DNA of 35,700 nucleotides from a virus, in the IMG/VR virus record IMGVR_UViG_3300014205_000466, positions 1 to 35,700 of that record; one strand, written 5' to 3'. The notes beneath the pieces are model-generated. The model did not search any database and had not been told where the DNA came from. It saw only the letters and a program-made list of their open reading frames with translations. Made by a program: the position numbers and the translations under genes. Positions 24,777 to 31,813 of this stretch are shown here, piece by piece. Position 1 is the first letter of the stretch. Every line of letters begins with the position of its first letter.

Positions 24777-24835
24777 CAGCGGCACTGGATTCGAACCAGA
24801 CTCGACTTGCGACCCCACATACGTTGAAGCCGCTA
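24777..24835 (-). other. tRNA-derived mini-element: 7-bp acceptor-like stem (TAGCGGC/GCCGCTG) plus a T-arm with a perfect GGTTCGAATCC box; no D or anticodon arm fits
   Basis: Minus-strand reading: TAGCGGC-N28-TCTGG-TTCGAAT-CCAGT-GCCGCTG-T. It is too short (59 nt) for a cloverleaf, and no CCA follows. Confidence 0.45.
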
Positions 24836-24985
24836 CCACGTTTGGACCGTGACGCCCCTCCCATGAAGAGTTCCGCTGATGTGATCCCCATCATTTTGGG
24901 GTCATGCACAATTTGATGTGATTGTATGTGATGCCATGATCAATTTGCCGGAGTTGGCAATATGATCGGCTTTGGAATGAGTAGA

Positions 24986-25012
24986 CGCCGCACCAACTGA
25001 GCTATTGCGGTG
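24986..25012 (-). other. tRNA 5'-half relic folded as a hairpin (CACCGCA-ATAGCTCAGTTGG-TGCGGCG)
   Basis: The minus strand contains ATAGCTCAGTTGGT (the canonical position 8-20 D-arm box) flanked by complementary acceptor-like strands. The rest of a tRNA is absent. Confidence 0.4.
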
Positions 25013-25146
25013 AATGGCTTTGGCGTCCCCGGCGCGAAATGGCGACCATCTATCAAGACAATCGCCACCTTATACTTTCGCAAGTTAACTGATTTGCGGT
25101 TAATCGTCAATCGCAAAATTATTTTCATGTTTCGTGTGTTTTCCTG

Positions 25147-25174
25147 TTGACATGTGAAAATAATGTTCTATTGT
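25147..25174 (+). promoter_or_regulatory. sigma70-like promoter TTGACA-N16-TATTGT for the plus-strand three-gene island
   Basis: Seen directly in an AT-rich intergenic tract, about 35 nt upstream of the first RBS/ATG (25208). Confidence 0.5.
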
Positions 25175-25207
25175 GTGTATATCAACAACGCGAACGGAGT
25201 TAAGCAA

Positions 25208-25390
25208 ATGACCAAGCAACAGGCAATCAGCCAGATGATCATCGACCGGGTTCACATGAACGAGAATGGCCGCCTTGATTCCGCCCCCTGCACCAATGCA
25301 GTCCGTGACGCTGTTGATTTTGTCCTTGGAGCAGGCACCTATGACAGCCTCGTTTCCGACCTTTACGACGATCTTCGCGCTAAGGCATAA
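25208..25390 (+). CDS. hypothetical protein (60 aa)
   Basis: Internal ATG of ORF 25154..25390 behind a GGAG RBS. The upstream part of the ORF overlaps the promoter. Confidence 0.5.
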   Translation: MTKQQAISQMIIDRVHMNENGRLDSAPCTNAVRDAVDFVLGAGTYDSLVSDLYDDLRAKA

Positions 25391-25442
25391 CCAACCGGGC
25401 GGGTTTCGGCCCGCCATCCCAACCCACAATAGGAGACTCGCC

Positions 25443-25778
25443 ATGACCACCTACACAGTCTTTGACAGCAACAATTCATCAGTTTATCGCTCTGGGCTTT
25501 CCTTGGCAGACGCTGCCGACGAACTGCTCAAGACAGACGGCTACCGCTATGAGATCCGCGAGGATGACGGCCTGTTCGAGCTATTCATCAGCGAGCGTTC
25601 GGAAAACTACTATGGCGGTCCCGGCAAGATGATTTCCTGTGCTGCTGGCGGCTTCGTCAAGGCTGATCGCGAAAAGCTCCTACAGAAGATTGTTTCCGAT
25701 GTATGGCACGACATGGAAGCGATGCCGGACGAAGACTTCTCCGTCATGCTCGCGAGCTTCGAGGAAGACGAAGCATGA
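25443..25778 (+). CDS. hypothetical protein (111 aa, acidic C-terminus)
   Basis: Internal ATG of ORF 25266..25778 behind an AGGAG RBS. Confidence 0.6.
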   Translation: MTTYTVFDSNNSSVYRSGLSLADAADELLKTDGYRYEIREDDGLFELFISERSENYYGGPGKMISCAAGGFVKADREKLLQKIVSDVWHDMEAMPDEDFSVMLASFEEDEA

Positions 25779-25996
25779 CCCCCGCACAATTCAACCAATG
25801 GCTAACCGAGATGCAGTCGGCTGGCTTAATCCGCACCGACTACGGCATGACCAGAGATGCAGCCAACCTGCTCGGAATGACCGTGCAGAACGTCAACCGG
25901 CTGATGAAGAGCGGAACGCGGGCTGTGCAGACGGATCTCGCCTGCACCGCCCTGTTACTCGGGTTTGGTCCATATCCACATAGGGAAAAACAATGA
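25775..25996 (+). CDS. small HTH-like DNA-binding protein (73 aa)
   Basis: ATGA overlap with the upstream stop. The segment TRDAANLLGMTVQNVNRLMKSG looks like a helix-turn-helix. Confidence 0.5.
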   Translation: MTPAQFNQWLTEMQSAGLIRTDYGMTRDAANLLGMTVQNVNRLMKSGTRAVQTDLACTALLLGFGPYPHREKQ

Positions 25997-26000
25997 GCCA

Positions 26001-26582
26001 TCACGTCATCCCGTAATGCCTGATCACCGCGTTCAATCCGCGCCGCAGCATGTTTAACTGCTGCTCCGGCATCATGAACAGCCCGTCGATATCCTCGACG
26101 CACACATTGCGCATGGTCTGCCTGACGTTTGGGCCAGCGTTCCGCAACAACAGGTCGATGGTTGCCCACTCGTTGCGGATTCGCTCGTTTCTGGCCGTGA
26201 GGGTTTCACTGTCCTCTCCAGGTGTACTGCGAATCTTGAGAATGTTCTGCGCCTGAACGGTCGGCGTTACCCCCACCACATAGACAGAATAGCGCCACAT
26301 AACCGCCGCGTATCGCTGCCCTGCCTCGTACATCAGGGCTGAATGTTCTTTCGTCCTCGCTAGCTTGCCGTGAAGGTGCAGCCGACCGAGCAACGATCCT
26401 GCCAAGTCAGATTTCGCATCATCCTCGGTCATCCCGTGCTGCCTCATTCTTGCTTCGATGACGACGGATCGGGCTTCACGCTCTAGCGCCGAAGGCTTCA
26501 GCCCGCCCGACGGATAGCGCTCTCCTTCCCTGCGCGGCCGGCCCATGGTGATTGTCCTGCGCTTGCGAGATAGCGCCTTCAT
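26001..26582 (-). CDS. hypothetical protein, last gene of the early operon (193 aa, basic N-terminus)
   Basis: ORF track; ATGA coupling to the phosphatase gene. Confidence 0.6.
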   Translation of the reverse strand: MKALSRKRRTITMGRPRREGERYPSGGLKPSALEREARSVVIEARMRQHGMTEDDAKSDLAGSLLGRLHLHGKLARTKEHSALMYEAGQRYAAVMWRYSVYVVGVTPTVQAQNILKIRSTPGEDSETLTARNERIRNEWATIDLLLRNAGPNVRQTMRNVCVEDIDGLFMMPEQQLNMLRRGLNAVIRHYGMT

Positions 26583-27244
26583 TCGTCGTCCTCCCTCGCG
26601 TATGACTGTAGAAAGTCAATAGGCCCACCCCCAACGACGTTTCTGAACACTGCGCAAGTAAGTTTTCCTCCAAAAACTGCGCCACTATCTATATTCGTCC
26701 TGTTTCCGATGGTTATCGGGTGAAACTCGGTGTCTGGCGTGTGCCCATGGCAAAGGTGCTTTCCCCAATACTCACCAGAATAATTCTTGGGGTATCGCTT
26801 CCAAAGCAAAACGCCCTCACTTTGATCGTCTAATGGTATTGTTTCATCGACGGCGGCGTGAACAAAAATCCGACGCTCGTCAGCGTGAAATAACGCCAGA
26901 TTATCCGCCCACTCGATCACATCAACGGGGACCGTATTGCCAGGGAACGACGACAACGTTTCCATTCCCCCATTTTCAAGCCACCACCAAAAGGGGGCTT
27001 CCCCGCGAATACATGAAGTCATCATGTCCTCGTGGTTCCCCTTCAGCGCAATCCACTTCCATGCGTCGGATGGCGGACCGGCCATTATTCTCTTTATCAC
27101 TCCATAACTGTCAGGCCCCCTATCAACGTAATCACCCAAAAAAACGACGGTCCCGCCATCCGAATACGCCTCGATGGCATTCAGAATCGTTTCTAGTTTT
27201 GAAAGACATCCATGAATATCGCCAATCGCAAATGTGTATTTCAT
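26579..27244 (-). CDS. Ser/Thr protein phosphatase (lambda-PPase-type metallophosphoesterase)
   Basis: Motifs GDIHG, GDYVDRG and GNHE appear in the canonical order. Confidence 0.85.
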   Translation of the reverse strand: MKYTFAIGDIHGCLSKLETILNAIEAYSDGGTVVFLGDYVDRGPDSYGVIKRIMAGPPSDAWKWIALKGNHEDMMTSCIRGEAPFWWWLENGGMETLSSFPGNTVPVDVIEWADNLALFHADERRIFVHAAVDETIPLDDQSEGVLLWKRYPKNYSGEYWGKHLCHGHTPDTEFHPITIGNRTNIDSGAVFGGKLTCAVFRNVVGGGPIDFLQSYAREDDE

Positions 27245-27504
27245 TCCTTGCCCTCCATAGCCGCAAGTTGTGCGTATCCTGCGATATCAATCCAGTGATC
27301 TGCGTGGTCAGGATCGCCGGCCATGATCATGCCAATCTTCCCGCAAATGTGGTCTAGCGCTTCTTGCTGCGTCGTCTTGAGGCGCTCCCATCCGCGTTCG
27401 TCGCGTAAAATGGCCTTTATGCACTGAGAGACGTGGCTGTTGGTGCAGAAATCGCCGTGGGTTTCGGCTCTTGCCCTGATCATGTCGCCTACTTCGATCT
27501 TCAT
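27241..27504 (-). CDS. small phage protein (87 aa), DUF6378-like
   Basis: The start is placed at the ATGA overlap (27501-27504). The signature ETHGDF...QQEALDHICGKIGMIMAGDPDHADHWIDIAGYAQL is recalled from a widespread phage family (unverified). Confidence 0.5.
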   Translation of the reverse strand: MKIEVGDMIRARAETHGDFCTNSHVSQCIKAILRDERGWERLKTTQQEALDHICGKIGMIMAGDPDHADHWIDIAGYAQLAAMEGKE

Positions 27505-28169
27505 ATCCCCGCCCTCAACTTGTCCCTGAATGTGCAATATGCGCTTCGGATGGTTGACTGGTCTTTCTTGAGTAAAACGGCGATCATCGGGAACGAAAAA
27601 TCATCCCGTCTCGTCCGCAAAGCCCATATCAGGTGATGCCGCGCCGCCGTTATCTCGCGGTTCTGAGAGTTTCCGCGAACCTCTTGAAACGTCACAAGAG
27701 GGTAGTGGCTGAGAATGTCCTGAATGATGTCTGGTATTGATTGCTGTTCGGGTTCAGCCAGCAGAGATTCCGCAGATATTGTCTTGTTGACCTTCTCGAA
27801 TGCTGACTTGATGACCGGTGGACGCTCTCCGAAAATTCCCTTGTGCGCTCTCGCGAGATAATTAACGCCGGATTTCGACACGCCAAACGCCTTTCCGATT
27901 GTCGTCATTGATGCGCCAGACCGCCATAACTCACCCATTTCAGCAAGCCTCGCCATCCGCTCCTCGTGCCGAACCTTACGCGCCTGCTTTACAATATCGC
28001 TTGTCCTGCGCCTTGGTTCAGGCTTTACCACCTCTCCCAAAGCTGCGTTTTCTGCTCTCTCGGCAGCCATGGACTGGAAAATATTGACCACCCTGGACTT
28101 GCCCATCAGCCGCGCACGAACAGCCGCCGCGTTCCTGATGATGTCTTGTGCTGATGTGTGCGTGTTCAT
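27501..28169 (-). CDS. DNA-binding protein with a central HTH and a DnaA domain IV-like C-terminus
   Basis: The start is placed at the ATGA overlap with rusA. The C-terminus (RGNSQNREITAARHHLIWALRTRRDDFSFPMIAVLLKKDQSTIRSAY) follows the Bac_DnaA_C pattern. The middle segment is TTIGKAFGVSKSGVNYLARAH. Confidence 0.55.
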   Translation of the reverse strand: MNTHTSAQDIIRNAAAVRARLMGKSRVVNIFQSMAAERAENAALGEVVKPEPRRRTSDIVKQARKVRHEERMARLAEMGELWRSGASMTTIGKAFGVSKSGVNYLARAHKGIFGERPPVIKSAFEKVNKTISAESLLAEPEQQSIPDIIQDILSHYPLVTFQEVRGNSQNREITAARHHLIWALRTRRDDFSFPMIAVLLKKDQSTIRSAYCTFRDKLRAGI

Positions 28170-28540
28170 GCGCCACCGCCGATCTCGTGAACCAAAACAA
28201 CAACGGGCGGTCCACTTGCCAACCATTCGTATGAAAGCTTGCGGACGTATCTGTTGCTGTCGTCCTCGATGACGCCGGCTTTGACCAGCACGTCCAAAAT
28301 GCTCTTGTCGAGGTTGCCGGCGTCCCTCGCCCGCTTGTCGGGAGCAACGAGGCCGACCGATATGCTAACCTCACCCTTAATCGGATGGACGCGCTGGGCT
28401 TTGATTTCCCATAGCGCTTGTGTGGTCCAATCCTTGTAACGTTTCGTCGCGACACGGCCACGGCCCGGAGCATTCGTAAAACAGGCTGACAGCGGCGGCG
28501 GAAATGGAAGCTCGATGCGCCTTGATGATCCGTTGATCAT
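28166..28540 (-). CDS. rusA: RusA-family Holliday junction resolvase
   Basis: Typical RusA size, with the motif RDAGNLDKSILDVLVKAGVIEDDS. Confidence 0.8.
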   Translation of the reverse strand: MINGSSRRIELPFPPPLSACFTNAPGRGRVATKRYKDWTTQALWEIKAQRVHPIKGEVSISVGLVAPDKRARDAGNLDKSILDVLVKAGVIEDDSNRYVRKLSYEWLASGPPVVVLVHEIGGGA

Positions 28541-29391
28541 ATCAATTCCTCCTGCACTGGCTTTGGTGCTGGCTGGGTGATGAACATGTCTGGCTGGGTA
28601 TATGCCTTGCGGATACGCTCACATGCGATGTCGAAAAACTTCTCGTCCCGTTCAATGCCAATAAATGAACGGCCACTCTGCACACACGCCACACCCGTAG
28701 TGCCACTGCCCATGAATGGGTCTAGAACCTTCTGCCCTTCACGTGTGAAGTCCCGAACAATTTCAAGCATAAGGCCGCGCGGCTTCTCTGTTGGATGCCG
28801 CCCATCACGGTCTTTCGCATTGGTCAGATACGTATATATTCCACGCTTACCGCCTGAGTTCCATGAGCGGTATCCAGATGCGCACCATGCGGTTACTGCG
28901 CATTCGAACCCGCGAGCAGCGCCTTGCCCATTCATGCGCGGCGTACTGTCAGGCTTTACCCATGCTAGGCATGTGTCATACTTTGCGCCACATGCTTGCA
29001 GCTCATCGCGCCACGCCCTCACACCTTCCGCGAGGGTAAACAGGATTGCCCACCCATTCGAGAGCGCGACTACCCTATGAACAATGTCGGCCCTATTGGA
29101 GTTCACACCTTCAAAGCCGAGGTCATCGACCATATAGCGTCCATCATTACGGCGAATTCGGCCAATGGCCTTGTGAAGTTCGTCCTCATACGGCGGGTCG
29201 CTGATTACGTGGTCGACCGGCTGCAACACTCCCATAACTTCGAGAGAGTCGCCAAGGTACAGTTCACAAGCGCCGATGACCTCAACACGTCTGGCTGGTG
29301 GGCAGCGCTCCTTGAGAAGCTCGGCACGTTTAGCAGCAATAGCGACGTTGTAGCTCTCGAAGCCGTCGCGTCTGGCGTCGTACTCTGTCAT
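28537..29391 (-). CDS. DNA methyltransferase, beta-class N6-adenine/N4-cytosine (DPPY before FxGxG)
   Basis: Motifs ISDPPYE (motif IV), HPTEKP and DPFMGSGTTGVA (motif I) appear in the beta-class order, as in CcrM-type enzymes. Confidence 0.85.
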   Translation of the reverse strand: MTEYDARRDGFESYNVAIAAKRAELLKERCPPARRVEVIGACELYLGDSLEVMGVLQPVDHVISDPPYEDELHKAIGRIRRNDGRYMVDDLGFEGVNSNRADIVHRVVALSNGWAILFTLAEGVRAWRDELQACGAKYDTCLAWVKPDSTPRMNGQGAARGFECAVTAWCASGYRSWNSGGKRGIYTYLTNAKDRDGRHPTEKPRGLMLEIVRDFTREGQKVLDPFMGSGTTGVACVQSGRSFIGIERDEKFFDIACERIRKAYTQPDMFITQPAPKPVQEELI

Positions 29392-29519
29392 CGGCCCGTC
29401 TCACAATCATCCGAGCAAGCCTGAAACATGATCTCCTCATCCGCACTCATGGTCATGATCATTCCTTGAATCATCCACCATGTGATAACGCCGTGTGAGA
29501 TTACGTATTCAACGTTCAT
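29388..29519 (-). CDS. small hypothetical protein (43 aa), paralog of 476..631
   Basis: GGGAGGAAG RBS. Its stop overlaps the methyltransferase ATG (ATGA). Sequence: MNVEYVISHGVITWWMIQGMIMTMSADEEIMFQACSDDCETGR. Confidence 0.55.
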   Translation of the reverse strand: MNVEYVISHGVITWWMIQGMIMTMSADEEIMFQACSDDCETGR

Positions 29520-29691
29520 GAGTCTTCCTCCCAGGCAGGTTTGCGAGAACCGTGTCGATTGCATCAATAACGTCGTCTTTGGCAGAGAACGTATTTTCAA
29601 GGTGGTACATAAACGCCTCAAGAGCCTTTTCGACCTCATCCCAGCTGTGGTTTTCTTCAAGTAGATGCTCTTCAAGAATTGTCTCATCCAT
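29509..29691 (-). CDS. small acidic hypothetical protein (60 aa)
   Basis: ORF track; AGGAGAT RBS. First ORF after a 150-nt intergenic gap. Confidence 0.55.
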   Translation of the reverse strand: MDETILEEHLLEENHSWDEVEKALEAFMYHLENTFSAKDDVIDAIDTVLANLPGRKTHER

Positions 29692-29840
29692 GATGATCTC
29701 CTATGGTTAGTTCCGGTTTTCCGCTCTTTCCGCCAAAGCACTCAAACTGACATGGCGACGGTAGTTCTGAGCAACGAGAGGCGGCTTGTTCCATCACGAC
29801 CGGGGCAGATAGCTTTAGGGATAGCCGTGTCAGTTAACTG

Positions 29841-30227
29841 TTATTCTGGTCTATTTCCGGAGCGATCCATGTCGCCAAGCGCCTCGCGGATCGCACTAGC
29901 GATAATGCTGCGAAAACCCTGATCTTTCCCAAGAAGCTCAACGAGCTTTCTTTCGATATGTTCGAGTTCTTCAAGTTCGTTCCTCGCGTATTTGATGCCG
30001 CTTTCGCGTTCGATTTGCTGCAATTCTTCTGCCTTCAGGGAAACACGAGGGTCGCCGTACCAGACGTCCCGAACGCGGCTAGGCGACCACTTGAGACACC
30101 GTGCGCAGCGGTTGATACGAGCCTTGACGCTGCCGTAGTTCGGTGGCGCAATGCGCGTGTGCAACGCTTCCTGACAAAACTCCACTAACGCATACATTTC
30201 CCTGTTCTCCGACGGATTTTCCCGCAT
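29841..30227 (-). CDS. hypothetical protein (128 aa)
   Basis: ORF 29841..30278. The start is moved to ATG 30227 behind an AGGAGG RBS. Confidence 0.55.
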   Translation of the reverse strand: MRENPSENREMYALVEFCQEALHTRIAPPNYGSVKARINRCARCLKWSPSRVRDVWYGDPRVSLKAEELQQIERESGIKYARNELEELEHIERKLVELLGKDQGFRSIIASAIREALGDMDRSGNRPE

Positions 30228-30297
30228 TTGGTATTCCTCCTGATTCATGATTGGACCTGTTCGAAGAGGTGCTTTCATGAATCGAGAAGGTCAGTGC

Positions 30298-30332
30298 GGA
30301 GACGGGGTTCAGGTAGTGCGTTCCCCGTCTCC
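30298..30332. repeat. perfect 10-bp inverted repeat GGAGACGGGG-N15-CCCCGTCTCC
   Basis: Seen directly in the gap between the tiny membrane ORFs and gene 29841..30227. There is no flanking T/U-tract on either strand. Confidence 0.7.
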
Positions 30333-30454
30333 TGAATTCGAAAGCCTTGGCGATTTCGCCGCGAGGCTGGTTCTTCACCTAGACGCCATAAGCCATAGGC
30401 CGAACGCCAGAAGCAGCATGAAAGACGCGAATGCGAATGCAGCTGGCCAATCCA

Positions 30455-30634
30455 TCACCGAACCTCGTTCAGTTCACGGACATACCGCGTCAGATCGCCC
30501 TCAAGAGCGGCCCGCATGTCGTCGTCGCTCATGTCGAGACGGTCGTCCTCACGGCCACCGGCAATGATTGCGCCAACAGCAAAAACCGTGATCGCCGTGC
30601 AGAACCCACCAAGGAATGCAATAGAGGTCCACAT
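30455..30634 (-). CDS. small membrane protein (59 aa, N-terminal TM, acidic C-terminus)
   Basis: Hand-translated: MWTSIAFLGGFCTAITVFAVGAIIAGGREDDRLDMSDDDMRAALEGDLTRYVRELNEVR. It starts 3 nt after the upstream stop. Confidence 0.45.
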   Translation of the reverse strand: MWTSIAFLGGFCTAITVFAVGAIIAGGREDDRLDMSDDDMRAALEGDLTRYVRELNEVR

Positions 30635-30637
30635 GGT

Positions 30638-30766
30638 TCACAGCTCCAGAACAGACTTGATGAACAACCAAAGCAGGCCTGCGCATGCGACCATCAACGC
30701 CGCAAACAAAATTAACATCGTGACAGAAAACGCCGCATCGATAAGCGAGTATGTTTCGTTGCACAT
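30638..30766 (-). CDS. small membrane protein (42 aa)
   Basis: Internal ATG of ORF 30638..30919 behind a GGAGGGG RBS. Sequence: MCNETYSLIDAAFSVTMLILFAALMVACAGLLWLFIKSVLEL. Confidence 0.45.
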   Translation of the reverse strand: MCNETYSLIDAAFSVTMLILFAALMVACAGLLWLFIKSVLEL

Positions 30767-30767
30767 G

Positions 30768-31115
30768 TCATTCCCCTCCAAATCCGAACAGTTGGTCATT
30801 GTCCGGAGGCGTGTTGAAAATGTTGAACGCTGTTGGAAATTCATAATCTCCACGACCAAGAAACATTGCTTTTTCCTTCGTTCTACGAACAGACTTAGCC
30901 TCTCGCGCCAATCGTCCATGGATGATCGGTATTTTTATTCCGTGATACACAGCGAAGTCCGCAACAGCATTCGACGAACCACCGCCTTTCCGTTCGTCAC
31001 TGATCCTAGCCCCACAATTCATCGCGATCTGCCGGCTGTTCATGCCGCACTCAATGCCGCCCATGATCTGAGCGATGCGTTGTTCGGTCGTTGCTCGTTC
31101 CCACCAGGTGGTCAT
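30768..31115 (-). CDS. GcrA-like cell-cycle regulator homolog (candidate)
   Basis: The N-terminus (TTWWERATTEQRIAQIMGGIECGMNSRQIAMNCG....SSNAV) loosely follows the GcrA N-terminal pattern (W.ER...L..LW..G.SA.QIA..LG...RNAV). GGGAGAG RBS. Confidence 0.4.
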   Translation of the reverse strand: MTTWWERATTEQRIAQIMGGIECGMNSRQIAMNCGARISDERKGGGSSNAVADFAVYHGIKIPIIHGRLAREAKSVRRTKEKAMFLGRGDYEFPTAFNIFNTPPDNDQLFGFGGE

Positions 31116-31117
31116 GT

Positions 31118-31204
31118 TCACTCTCCCAACCGGCGCACGGCGATGCCGAGCAAAAATCCGAACGCAAAAATCATTAGAAACTGCACAAAAAGGTTGGCGC
31201 TCAT
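31118..31204 (-). CDS. tiny hydrophobic peptide (28 aa)
   Basis: Hand-translated: MSANLFVQFLMIFAFGFLLGIAVRRLGE. It fits exactly between two genes. Confidence 0.3.
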   Translation of the reverse strand: MSANLFVQFLMIFAFGFLLGIAVRRLGE

Positions 31205-31207
31205 GTC

Positions 31208-31813
31208 TCAGTCCTCCAGCTTTGCCGCCATCTTCGAGCGGTACTCTCTTTCCTCGAATGTCGTTTCTCCGCGATCCGGCAACGCCAGCATCAGGCGGAT
31301 TTCATCGCGCTTTTCGGGAGACAGAGGTGCATCGATTGCAGCGCCATTCTGTTCTGCCTCCTTCTGTTCGCGGTGCCAGTTTTTGAAACCTGAAATCAGC
31401 GCCCTGACGCGGGCCTTTTCCTCGGCGGTCTTGGGAATGCGCTCGTCCTTGCGGATTGATTCCGCCCTTGATTTTTCGCGGGCCAGATCGTTGACGATGC
31501 GGTTCTGCTCGACGGTAACGAACCCTGCAAAGCGTGGAGGCGTCGGAATGAAGTTCGCGTATTCCGGGCCGTAATCGCCCTTCATCAGCTTTTCGGTGGC
31601 GATCTTCACCGCACCGGACGAAAGCGCAGAAAGCGAATAGCCGTAAACCTGCCTGATTGTTTCAGGCCGAATACCCTGAGGGAGCGCGAGGCCAAATGCC
31701 ATGAGTGACAAAATTGCCCGCTCCACCGTGTCGTTATCGACCGGCTTAAGCTGTTCCGAAAGGCGACCAATCTCCTGTTCCAAGGTCAATGGTATTCTCG
31801 CCAACTGGTTCAT
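31208..31813 (-). CDS. hypothetical replication-module protein (201 aa)
   Basis: ORF track; it follows the DUF1376-like gene. No motif was recognised. Confidence 0.55.
   Translation of the reverse strand: MNQLARIPLTLEQEIGRLSEQLKPVDNDTVERAILSLMAFGLALPQGIRPETIRQVYGYSLSALSSGAVKIATEKLMKGDYGPEYANFIPTPPRFAGFVTVEQNRIVNDLAREKSRAESIRKDERIPKTAEEKARVRALISGFKNWHREQKEAEQNGAAIDAPLSPEKRDEIRLMLALPDRGETTFEEREYRSKMAAKLED

Noticed and set aside
24777-25012. Calling a bona fide tRNA gene (e.g. tRNA-Trp with a CCA anticodon loop at about 24840-24850)
   Set aside because: The only parse with an acceptor stem, anticodon arm and T-arm is about 102 nt long, with a 35-nt 'variable' region, a mismatched T-stem base pair, A instead of U at position 8 and no 3' CCA. 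The D-box element at about 25000 has an acceptor strand that is not complementary to the 3' element. Reported as tRNA-derived elements pending a covariance-model search.
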